64,000 nucleotides of DNA, from positions 14,510,001-14,574,000 of the forward strand of contig NC_045697.1 of assembly GCF_009834535.1 (NCBI RefSeq), given 5' to 3'. The notes beneath the pieces are model-generated. The model was not told where the DNA came from and did no database searches. It worked only from the letters and a program-made list of their open reading frames with translations. Positions 40,672 to 52,670 of the stretch are shown one piece after another (the stretch's first letter is position 1; the number at the start of each line of letters is the position of its first letter). The position numbers and the translations under genes are program-made. The stretch is from Camelus ferus (taxonomy: Eukaryota).

Positions 40672-43549
40672 GCAGCTGGATAAGATGGTAGAATAGAAGG
40701 ACGCTCATAGCTCACCCTCTCCCACAAATACACCAAAACTCACATCTACAGACCCACTCAGACAACCAGAGCAACTGCCGAACTCCGACAGAACATCGCT
40801 CTCTTAGAAAGACAAAGATGCCAAAATCTGGTAGGAGAAAAGGAAAAAGGAAAGAAGAAAAAGCAGAACAGTGCGGGACTGGTACCACAGGGAGGAAGCA
40901 GCAAAGGAGGACTGGCGCTCGTTCGCTGGGTCTCCTCTCTCCAACGGAGAGGCCAGTGAGATGGAGGGGGAGCCTCCAAGGCTCAGATCTTCCCCGAGAA
41001 CCCCTTGACTGACAGAACTAAGTTAAATGGGCACAAAGGGTCCCCGTGACACCCAGCCCGAGGGGCGAGCCAGCAGCTGGGGCCAGGCCAGGCTCCCCGA
41101 GCTGGGCGGAGGATTGTGGTGGCTGCACTGAGGCAGCCCTGGGGGACTGCAGGGGAGCTGTGCACCATGGCTAGGAGGGGATATGAGCAAAACAACCTCA
41201 GTCCCCCATAAATTGTGAAAAAAGCAAAGCAACATGGCTGGTGTGCCCTGGGGGTAGGGGCACCATAACCTTTGTCTCCTCAGACCTGTGGCGCCATTAC
41301 TGGCGCTTCTTGCAAGAAGAGAAGCAGGGGGCAGCCAAAGCCTCCATCGCCTCCTGTGCACAGTACACGGGCAGGGATGGGGCCGAGCCCTGAATCCACA
41401 CCCAGGGGCTCTGCAACCTCCTAGGCAGGATTGAGACTTGTTTACAGACAGAGGCAGATAGAATCTTTCTTCCCTGGCTCTTCAGAGAACTCACATGCCA
41501 AGACAAACAAGGAGCTGAGATTTGGCACAGAGCAGGGGCGGGGCTGTTCTTCGGTCTTCCCCGAGCCCACCTACGGAGCACCAACCCGAGGTGCAGCAGG
41601 CAGCTGCACAGAGCAGCAGAGCGACTCACGCCGGGAGAGGGCAGGTGACCCCCCGCCTTTCCGGCAGGAACACAACACCTGACCACGGTGCTTGGAGGGG
41701 GCGCTATTGGCCCATCTGCCTCACCCAAGCACAGCATCTGACTGCGGCATTGGGAGGGGGAGTGACCCGCCCACCCACCGGCCACAGTGCCAGAGAGATA
41801 TGAGCAATATGAAGAATCAGAGGAACCACTCCCAATTAAAAGATCAAGAAAAATCCCTGGAAAGCACAATCAAGGAAATAAGATTGATGGGCTACTAGAT
41901 CAAGATTTCAAAAAAGGAGTGATCAAAGTACTGAAGGAACTAAAAGAAATAGTGTTTAGAGATATAAAATATGTCAAAAATGAAACAGAAGCTGTAAAGA
42001 AGAACCAAGTAGAATTAGTAAACTCATTGACTGAGATGAGAGCTGACCTAAAGGCTGTACAAAGCAGGCTAGATAATGCAGAAGAACGAATAAGTGACCT
42101 AGATGACAGGACAACAGAAAGCACCCAATCAGAACAGCTGAGAGAAAAACAAATAAAAAACAATGAAAACAATATAAGGGACCTATGGGATAATATAAAG
42201 GGTGCCAATCTATGCATAATAGGGGTTCCAAAAGGGGAAGAAAGAACAAAGGGGATTGAAAAGGTATTTGAAGAAATCATGACTGAAAACTTCCCAAACC
42301 TAAAGAAGGAATCAGACATCCAAGTACAGGAGGGTCAGAGGGTCCCAAACAGGAAGAACCCAAACAGACCCACACCAAGACATATCATAATCAAGATGGC
42401 CAGAGTCAAGGATAAAGAAATGATCCTAAAGGCAGCAAGAGAAAAACAAAGAGTGAGTTACAAGGGAACCCCCATAAGGCTCTCAGCTGATTTCTCTACA
42501 CAAACGCTACAGGCCAGAAGGGGGTGGCAAGATATATTCAAAGTCCTCAATGAAAAAAAGATGCAGCCTAGGATACTCTATCCAGCAAGGCTATCCTTTA
42601 GACTAGAAGGAGAGATAAAGAACTTCACAGACAAGCAAAAACTTTTAGTTAAAAGAGTTTAGCAACACTAAACCCATGCTAAAAGAAATATTGACAGCTC
42701 TACACTAAATAGAAAAGTAAGATGCTACAAAAATGAGAAACTCATAACTGGGAAGGTGATAACTACCATGAATTACAAACAGGATAAACACAAAATTGTA
42801 AAAGAAGACATCTAAATCATTAAGAGTGGGAGAGGGAAGCAAGGAAAGCCACTGTGGAAAACAGTATGGAGATTCCTCAAAAAGACTAGGAATAAAAAAA
42901 AAATAAAAAAAGACTAGGAATAGACTTACCATATGACCCAGGAATTCCACTCCTGGGCATATATCCAGAAGGAACCCTACTTCAAAATGACACCTGCACC
43001 CCAATGTTCATAGCAGCACTATTTACAATAGCCAAGACATGGAAACAGCCTAAATGTCCATCAACAGAAGACTGGATAAAGAAGATGTGGTATATTTATA
43101 CAATGGAATACTATTCAGCCACAAAAACTGACAACATAATGCCATTTGCAGCAACATGGATGCTCCTGGAGAATGTCATTCTGAGTGAAGCCAGAAAGGG
43201 AAAGAAAAATACCATATGCGATCACTCATATGTGGAATCTAAAAAAAAAAAAAAAAACAAAACACAACAGAAACAGATTCATAGACATAGAACACAAACT
43301 TGTGGTTGCCAAGGGGGCGAGGTGTGGGAAGGGACAGACTAGGATTTTAAAATGTAGAATAGATAAACAAGATTATATTGTATAGCACAGAGAAATATAT
43401 ACAAGATTATTGTGGTAGCTGACAGCAAAAAAAAAAATGTGACAATGAATATATGTATGTTCATGTACAACTGAAAAATTGTGCTCTACACTGGAATTTG
43501 ACACAGCATTGTAAAATGACTATTACTCAATAAAAAAATGTTAAAAAAA
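40672..43549 (+). mobile_element. Relatively young L1 derivative: full 5'UTR, ORF1, only the last part of ORF2, 3'UTR and A-tail (half-L1-like)
   Basis: Perfect 16-bp TSD ATAACACTAGCCAATA (40656-40671 and 43550-43565), CpG-retaining 5'UTR, ORF1 motifs, and an abrupt jump at about 42847 into the ORF2 C-terminus. Confidence 0.92.
41800..42708 (+). pseudogene. L1 ORF1p (coiled coil, RRM, CTD) with two frameshifts
   Basis: Starts MSNMKNQRN, frameshifts at about 41880, then reads about 260 codons open with RISDLDD, NLCIIGVP, ENFPNL, TPRHIIIK, ILKAARE and LYPARLSF. A second shift at about 42645 precedes EFSNTKP...*. Confidence 0.9.
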
Positions 43550-43914
43550 ATAACACTAGCCAATAACTCTGAGCCCATCACTTGACTCCTCTGAGCCTTA
43601 CGTTGAAAAATAGGAAGAGATAATATTTACCATATGGTTTTGCTCAAATTAAGTACAATAATATAAAAAAGTCACTGGCTTATGCCACCAACACACATTA
43701 ATTAAGAAAGTGACAAAGAGAGTGATGCGCTAAGCCTTTTTATCAACATACACACTCAATCTGAACCACAGCATATTTGGAATGATGCTCTCTTTTCTGT
43801 CTGTAGGGTGACAGGCCCCCACTGCACTCCAGATTTCCAAACTATTCATGACTGACCCACCCAAAAGGACATAATATTCAGAGTGCACAGAGAATTTTGT
43901 TTGCCTCTCCAGAT

Positions 43915-44170
43915 GCTAGTCAAATGACCAACAAGCATATGAAAAGAAGCTCAACATTTTTAAGTCTAAGGAAATGATAATCAAAATCACAGTAAAATAC
44001 TGTTTCACACCCACTAGTATGGCTATAATCGTAAAGACAGATAAGAATAAGTTCTGGTGAGGACGTGGAGAAATTGGAACCTTCATTCAGTGACGGCAGA
44101 AGGTAAAATCATGCAGCCTCTTTACAAAGCAGTCCGATGATTTCCTTAGTTAAACAGCGTTACCTCAGGA
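43915..44170 (+). mobile_element. Old L1 ORF2 3' fragment
   Basis: CAAATGACCAACAAGCATATGAAAAGAAGCTCAACAT...GGTGAGGACGTGGAGAAATTGGAACC. Confidence 0.75.
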
Positions 44171-46339
44171 TTGAGCAAGTAAGTGCAATTGTATATCATG
44201 ATTTCTGTTTTCCACTTTTAATTCATTTATTTTACTGATAAGATTTAATTTATTTTGCTGATAAAATCACACCTACATTTTTTTTTTCAATTTAATATGG
44301 TTTGAAATCAAGTAAGTTACTGTTTTTTTTCCCTGTAACATCATTAGCTGGTGTAATGAGTCTTTCAATATCAATTGGTACCACTCATCAACAGTCCTCT
44401 CCTTAACAGATTCTCTGGCAAGATGATTACTGCTGATTAGGTTGATATGAGAGCTAGGCATGATTTTGAGTTTTCTTCTGAACACTGAATTATATTCAGT
44501 ACCATGTTTTTGTTAAGTCATTTTATTCTCGGGAAATTGGCAAACCATGAAATAGCATGTATAGTCATTCTCTGACAACTAAAATATCTGATTAAGCCTG
44601 ACAGTAGAGTTTACAGTAGGATTTTTAAAGCTTGCATTTTCATCTGCATATACTTCCAAAGAAAGCCCTTTGTATTGATACCTTTTCTAAAGTTTTCACT
44701 AAATATCAAACAGTAAGTCCATTATTATCAGTACTAATTGGCCATACTTAGGCTGAGTGGAAAGTTTTCTTTAATGGGCCCTTCAAAATTTCAACCTTAC
44801 TGCTGGCATTTAGTGAATGTCAAGATACTTAATTCAGGAGTGCACTTTTGGTTTTTACAATGAGATTCTATTGTTATTGATTTTATCCTGATAAAAACAT
44901 TTTACTTCAAATCTTAGAAAATATATTTCTGGATCCAGTAAGTGTGTTATTTTCTTAAAATGACACATCCTTCATGGGACCTTTTTATTCTTTTTTTTCA
45001 AAATTTTAAGAGTAAAAAGAAAAGTGATGACTCTGCATATGAAATATTATTTTCTTAAATATTCAGAGCTCAGTGAACTACCCTAAAATAGAATGAAAAC
45101 GTGAGACAGGATCACGTAGAGCCTGAGACAAGACCTACTGGAAAAGCCAAAAGAGCTTTTATTTCGAGTTATGATTATGGACAACTTCCTATGGAAAGAA
45201 AAGTATGAGAATTTAGCATGTTAATGTCATATAGTCACCATCATTTAAAATGCTGTCAATTGTCAAAATTCATCATTTGTAGGGTTTATCTGATCCCCAT
45301 AGAGAGGAGGCAGGTGCATCTCTGGTGTCTGCCCTGGTGGTCAGAACTTAGGAGGTGAAGGCAGAAGTGAGTGGCCAGAGGAGTTGGAAATTTTGTCCTA
45401 GGATGGGCCAAGTGTCAAAGCAGTTGGAGTCAAGTTTTGTTCGTAAGTCAAGCATTTAGCAACGGACTGAGAGAGACAGAGACAGGACTGCTGCCGGAAG
45501 CCAAGTGGATACCAGTATAGTGCATGGAGTGAGAACAACTGAGGGGGAGGGTAAACTGAAAAAAGTACTGATTGATTGACTTTTTTTCCTTCAAAATATT
45601 TCATAACTATTTATTGAGCACCTTCAATATGCCAGGCTTAGGGCAGAGTTGGGTGATACAATCGTAAGCAACACTGGCACAATCTTTGACATCATGTGAT
45701 GTAGATTCTAAGAGAAAGAGAAAAATACTAATCTAATATTCCTGAAAATAAAAACAAATTACAATTATAAAGGGTGCTATAAAGGAAAAAGTTGTTATAG
45801 GAACATGGAAGGAGGAGACCTGACTTCTGTATATTGCTTCTGTTAGGCTGCGTTGTCTTCTGGTTTCTAGTTGGAGTCAACCAATGGGAGGAACTAGTCC
45901 TAGAACAGACAGTGGGAGGAGTTGGTGGCAATTGGTTATGGTAACAAGTTAATACAGGAATCACTGGCTTGTGGGCAGTAAGGGGCACCAAGATAATTTC
46001 CAGTAATGGGGATGGTATGCCAAAGACCTGCTTTAATTGGAAGAGTGTTGGTGTGTAGGATAGACTTTTAAAAAAAATTGTTCTGTTGATACAGTCACAT
46101 TTATTCAGAGTTGGTTTTGACAGTTGTGCTGCTATTTCAGACAGGCTCCTTCATCATTTTGAGCTCTAATCTTCTTGAATTTGGCGCCAAATCATTCCAG
46201 TACCAAATAAGACCCCATTACTCTTTTGTTTTAATTGCATGGGAAATTTTTTCTTAATAAATCCAGCTTCTCCTTTGAAGAACAAAAGTGGAGAAAAGTT
46301 TAACTTAAGATAGAATGGACCACTATTCTAATTCTGTTG

Positions 46340-47010
46340 GAGTGTATCAGACCTCAGGCCTTTATATATACTTATTCCTTTTGATTATCTCCAATCGTAT
46401 GGCTTTAAATAATTTGCATATATATCCATGACTCACAATTTATATTTCTAGCCTGAACCTCTTAAACTCCAGATTCATAACTAATTGACCATTGACATCC
46501 CCACCTGGATGTCTAATAGACATCTCATAATTAACATGTGCTGAACTGAATTCCTGACCTCCCTCCTCACCAGCTCTACTCATAAGATTCTATGTCCATT
46601 AATGAAAATACTATGCTTTCAGTCATTCAAGTCTGCAACACTGGAGTCCTCCATCAGGAACCCAGACGTCTCTACCTTCAGGTCAGAGTTTTACCACTGT
46701 CACCACCTCCACTGCTGCCACTCTGATCAGAGATGCCATCTTCTCCAGCCCATATTCCTGCAATAGCTTTCTAATAGGTCTACTAGCTTCTGTCCTTGCT
46801 TCCCCACATTCTGTTTTCAAAGCAGCAGGGTAAGCCTTCTAACATGGAATCAGATTCTGTCACTTATCTCTTTAAAACCATGCAAGAGCCTCCAATTTCA
46901 GTTACTCAGCCAAAGTCCTTAAAATTGTCCACAAGGCTTCCACTTGTCCTTCTAATGATTTACTCCACTGTAGCATAAGCCTTATGTGGTAATATGCCTC
47001 CAGGCACACT
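46340..47010 (+). mobile_element. L2 LINE fragment
   Basis: TTGACATCCCCACCTGGATGTCTAATAGACATCTCA...AACATGT, an L2 hallmark. Confidence 0.75.
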
Positions 47011-47077
47011 GCAAGACAGGAGCGGAAAGTACACATAATTCCCAGACAGGAACTAGTGAGATGGCTGGAGGTGTCTC

Positions 47078-47140
47078 TCTTCCCTCCCTCCTTCCTTCCT
47101 TCCTTCTTTCCTTCCTTCCTTCCTTCCTTCCTCTCTTTCT
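47078..47140. repeat. (CCTT)n microsatellite
   Basis: Directly visible in the sequence. Confidence 0.9.
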
Positions 47141-48107
47141 TACATAATTCATTTGGTAAAACATTGAATACATTCTCATACATGTTATGTAACGGATGCA
47201 TGTTCGTGACAGGAAAATCAATAAAACATAGGATTTCACAATTCAGTAGGGAAAACTGATATGGAAACCAACCAATGCAAAACAACATAATAAATGCAGG
47301 CACAGAATCGTAGGATGCAGTAAAAGAGCACCATGTCAAAGCTGCGGACAATAATTCTTTATCATGTAAGATCATTCCAACCAGTGTAGTCTGGAAGGGC
47401 CCAGGTATTTTACAGTATCTAGTAACCTGCAGGTAGCTCTACATGGTAAAAGTATTTCCATAGTAACCATTCCAGTGCTCCCCAATGTAGCATGAGTTAA
47501 CCCCTGAATTGTGTTCCTTTTGTCACAGCCCTAGAACATTGTAAGTTCATATCATTATTTTTTTTTCTGTTCATGAGCTAGGGAAAATGATGATTATAGT
47601 GAACACTGTCATCCTGAAATGATGCCTCGAGTCTTGAAGTTTGAGAACACTTGTTGTAATCAACACCTCTCTAAAATGCTTTGCAGAGTAAAAGATAGCT
47701 TGAGAACCAAATTGTAATCAAAGTTTGGTGAGTTTATCTAATAAGGCAAAGTGTCCAAGAAAATAGAAAACCAAAGGCACATATACAGCATATTCCCTTC
47801 ACTCAAAATAAGAGGTTTCATTTGCCCTTAGCATCAATGATGAAAGACTGTTAAACATTTTATCTTTCTAGAAAATCTATGTTTAATATTCTACAGAAGA
47901 ATCTGAATATTTTGTAAATCTCTTCTAAAAACAAGCTTCAATCAAATTCTGAACAGTTTTATGTATATTTCCAAAAAAAAATCTTTTTTTAATGCTCTTT
48001 GCAGCAAAATTCATCCTTAAATAATTGGCCTTACACCTACTTCAGGGTAATAACTAAAGATTTGGTGCATGCAGACAAACAATTAATAAAAGTAGATACT
48101 ATAAGTT

Positions 48108-51100
48108 TGAGAAAATTGAAATTATATAGCATCTTTTCTGACCACAACCTACATATCAATTACAAGAAGAAAACTGAAAAATTCACAACTATGTGGAGAT
48201 GAAACAACATGCTCCTGAACAACCAGTGGGTCAAACAAAAATTTAGAAGTCAAATATATATCTTGAGACAAATAAAAATAGAAATACAAAATACTGAAAC
48301 TTATGAAATGAAGCAAAAGCAATTCTATCAACAATCTAACTTTATACCTCAAGGAGCTATAAAAAGAAGAAAATAAGTACCTCCAAAAATTTATTTCTCC
48401 TTAAGAACAATAAGAACAATGTCAGAAAGTGTCAAATTTTTCATAACTCTGAAAATATCTAAGGGCTTGCAACAATTCAAGGAATATTTATTCAAGAAGT
48501 ACAGCTGAATTTCAATAACAACAGTGAGTCTTGTGGCATTTTGACTTGGTGGATCTTTTAAATTCTCCCATCCCCCTTCTTCCCAGCATGGTGGCAGCCT
48601 TGAAAACCACCAGTTCTGCAAACACAGTGAAAGCCAGCAGCCTCTCAGTCACTGGAGGGGAAAAACTTGTTTGGAACCCCTCCAAAAGCAGTATTTTCAG
48701 AATTGTCACTATTTGACTTTTCTGGCCATCCCTGGAAAGTTGCATTACCAGCATATGCCATTATTTGACTGCATTCAGAACTGCTCAGAGCAAACAATAT
48801 TTTCTCTAGGAGTATTGATTGTTCAGAAACAATTAGTGGCAGTTGTTTAATAGCAAAGCTGCCTAAGGAAGCAATAAGAATTGGGGAAACAAGACTGAAC
48901 AAAAGAATAAGAAAATCTGGGGAATATGTCCACTGGGGGCTTTGGGAAGCTCTGACATATTTCTGGGAATATAAAAGTCCAATCACATGTCAAGGACTAC
49001 GTACATGTCAAGGAAAGGCCTGAGAAGGACCAAAATCTCACTTCTGGCTGACTCTGAATTTCTAGACAAACAGGAAGTGACGGTTAAGGCAGCATTGTAA
49101 ACTACTTGCTTGAGTTATACAGGAATGACCCAGAATGTACGCATAGACCTTTGGTTCAGTCTGGGGCACTTTTTGGTTCCAAGAATTTAAGCAAATGTCC
49201 TTATAATCATTAGATGACCACTAACCTAACCAAGCAGAAACTTACATGGCCATAAATGATGGAAAATACAGACTTTATAAATTGAAGATAGTCATTAAAG
49301 AACAACAACAAAAAACCTAGTTTTCCGAAGTTGCCATATTATATGATTGAAAATATATTGTTGCTAACAAAAGACCAAAAGACATGCAAAGAAAAAAGGT
49401 TTAGATCATTCTAAAATATAAGATATTAGCAAAAAAAAAATTATACAGCCACACACTTGACTTTTTCTCTAGAGCTTTTCTAACAGTAAATTATTAATTT
49501 TAGAATTTTTTGCAACCTCAATATGTTGAGAATTTCCTAAGCCATCAAGGCTTGTTTCCTTTTTGTCTAACAATTTATTTCTTCCTCATATTTTACTATA
49601 AGCAGCAAGCAGATGCCAGACTGTACCTTCAACATTTTGCTTGGAAATTTCCACAGTTAAATGTCCATTTCATTATTCACAAGTTAACTTTAATCATAAC
49701 TGCATAGTGCCTTTTATCATGTAAGTTAGTATGGCAAAGATTTCAGGGGATTAGAACTTACATATCTTCGAGGGCTCATTATTCTGCCTAATACTCATTA
49801 CCGTAACTAAAGCAGTAATTGAAGGACAGAGGAACAAAGAGACATAAGATATATAGAAAACAAATATCAAAATGGCAGACTTAATTCACACCTTACCAGT
49901 AATTCAGATTACATTATATGTAAATAGTTTTAACACCACAAACAAAAGGTAGAGATTGGTGAAATAAATTTTTAAATCTTTTTTTAATACCTACCCAATG
50001 AAAATAGTTGGTGAATTCAATATATCACTTTAAATAATGCACAGAAAAACTAGCCAGAAGATCAACAAGGAAAATGAAGGCCTGAATGCTATTAGTCAGT
50101 TAGACCTAATGGACATCTATAGAGCATCCTACCAAACGCTGCAGAATACACACTGGGTACACATGAAACAGTCTCCGAAACAGACTACAGATGAGACCAT
50201 TAAAAACTCAATACATTTAAAAAGATTGAAATCATAGAGAATAGAAAAAAAAGAAGAAAACTAAGCCCAAAATTATTAGGAGGAAGAAAACAATACAGAT
50301 CAGAGCAGAAATAAAGAAAATGGAGACTAAAAGAATAGAAAAGATCAGCAAAATTAAGAGGTGGTTTTTTGAAAAGATAAACAAAACAGACAAAACCTTA
50401 GACAAAAATCAAAAAAAGAGAAAATTCAAATGGAATTATGAATGAAAGAGGAGACAATGTAACTGATACCACAGACATACAAAGGATTATTAGAGATTGT
50501 TTTAAGAAATTATACATCAACAAATTAGAAAATTTAGAAGAAATGGATAAATTCCTAGAAATATACAATCTCTAAGACTACATCATGAAGAAATAGAAAA
50601 TCTGAACAGACCATTACTGAGATTTAATCAAAAACCTCCCAACAAAGAAAGTACAAAACCAGATGGCTTCATTGGTGAATTCTACCAAACATTTAAAGAA
50701 TTAATACCAATTTTTCTCAAATTCTTCCCCAAAAAATAGAAGAGGAGGGAATATTTCCAAACTCATCTTATGAGGCTGGCATTTCCCTGTTACCAAAACT
50801 AGACAAGGGCACTACAAAAAAATAAAATTATCAGCCATTATTCCTAATGAACATTGATTCAACAGTCCTCAACATAGTATTAGCAAACTGAATTCAACAG
50901 TACATTGAAAAGATCATACACCATTATCAAGGGATTTATTCCAGGGATAAAAGAATTGTTGAACATCCACAAATCAATTAATGTGATACACTAAATAAAG
51001 AAAATGAAAGAAGAAAATCACATGACCATTGCAATAGAAGCAGAAAAAGCATTTGACAAAATTCAACATCCACTCATGATAAAAACTCAACTAAGTGAGT

Positions 51101-52670
51101 ATAAACAGAGTGCTCCTCAACGTAACAGAGCTCATACATGACAAGCTCACAGATAACACCGTGCTCAATGGTGAAAAGCTGAAAGCATTTCTTCTAAGAT
51201 TAGGAACAGACACATAAATCAATGAACAGAATACATAGCCTAGAAATAAACTCATGCATATATGGTCAATTAATTTTTGACCAAGAAGCCAAGAATATAC
51301 ACAGAGAAAGGACAGCCTCTTCAATAAATGATGCCAGGAAAATTGGACAACCACATGTAAAAGATTGAAACTGGACCCCTATTTCACATCATATAAAAAA
51401 TCAACTCAAAGTTGATCAAAGACTTAAATTTAAAATCTGCAACTGTAAAACCTCTTGAAGAAAACATAAGGAGTAAGCTCCTTGACATCAGTCTTGGCGA
51501 TAATTCTTTTGATTCAAAAACAAAATCAAAGGCAACAAAAGCAAAAATGAACAAGTGGGACTACATCAAAGTTAAAAGCTTTTGCACAGCAAAGGAAACC
51601 ATCAACAAAATGAAAAGGCAACCTATGGAGTAAGAGAAAATATTTGCAAACTGTATATCTGGTAAGAAGTTAATATCCAAACTATATAGTCAAAAAAGTC
51701 AAACATTCTGATTAAAAATTGAGTAGACAAACCAAACAGACATTTTTCCAAAGATGATATACAGATGGCTAAAAGGCACATGGAAAGGTGCTTAACATCA
51801 CTAATCACCATGGAAATGAAAATCACAACTACAGTGAGATTCACCTCATGCCTGTTAGAATGGTTATCATCAAAAAGACAAGAGATAAAAAGTGTTGGTG
51901 AGGATGTGGAGAAAAGCAAAATCTTGTGTATTGTTGGTGGGGTTGTACATTGGTGCAACCAACTATGGAAAGCAGTGCAGAGAAGCAATCCTACTTCTGG
52001 GTATTTATCAAAAGAAATGAAAACAGGCTATCAAAGAGATATTTGCACTGCCATGTTCATTTCAGCATTATTCACAATCTGCCAAGATAGAGAAACAACC
52101 TAAGTGTCCATCAATGAATGAATAGGCAAAGAAGATATGAGATATATATATATATTTAGACACACACACACAATGGAATCTTACTTAGCTATTTATTACA
52201 AAGAAGAAAATTCTGCCTCTTGAGGAAACATGGATGGACTTGAAGGTGTTACGCTAAGTGAAATAAGCTAGAAAGAAAGACAATACTGCATGGTATTACT
52301 TACACAAGGGATCTTTAAAAAGAGTCAAATTCATAGAAACAGTAGAAAAGTGTTTGCAAGGGGCTAGGGATGGAGGAAATAGGGAAGGGTTGGTAAAAAT
52401 GTAAAAACTTTCAGCTAAAAGATGAATAAAGTCTGATGATCTAATGTATAACATGGTGACTATATGTAATATCACTATATTGTATAATTGAAATTTTCAA
52501 AGAGAATAGAACTTAAATGTTCTCAAAAAAAGAAAAAAGATAAATTTGTGAGGTGATGGACATATGTTAATGAACTATAGGGGGAAATCCTTTCACAATG
52601 TACATGTATATCAAATCATCCCAATGTACACTTTAAATATGTTACACTTTTGTCAATTATAACTTAATCA
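48108..52670 (+). mobile_element. Composite of old L1M fragments (5' region, endonuclease, ORF2 body with an RT deletion at about 51205, 3'UTR) with an MLT-like insert at about 49450-49790
   Basis: [31 protein letters not shown] and KWDYIK motifs, plus an L1MA-type 3'UTR. Heavily disrupted. Confidence 0.88.

Noticed and set aside
41297..41869. 190-aa antisense ORF in the L1 5'UTR as an ORF0 analogue
   Set aside because: It starts at TTG in GC-rich sequence, has no recognisable homology, and ORF0 is described only for primate L1.
41787..42662. 291-aa ORF as an intact gene
   Set aside because: It is L1 ORF1 with frameshifts at both ends. The listed N-terminus is out of frame with the true start at 41800.
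46902..47375. 157-aa minus-strand ORF
   Set aside because: It spans L2 debris and a (AAGG)n microsatellite, so the KEGR repeats are translated simple repeat.
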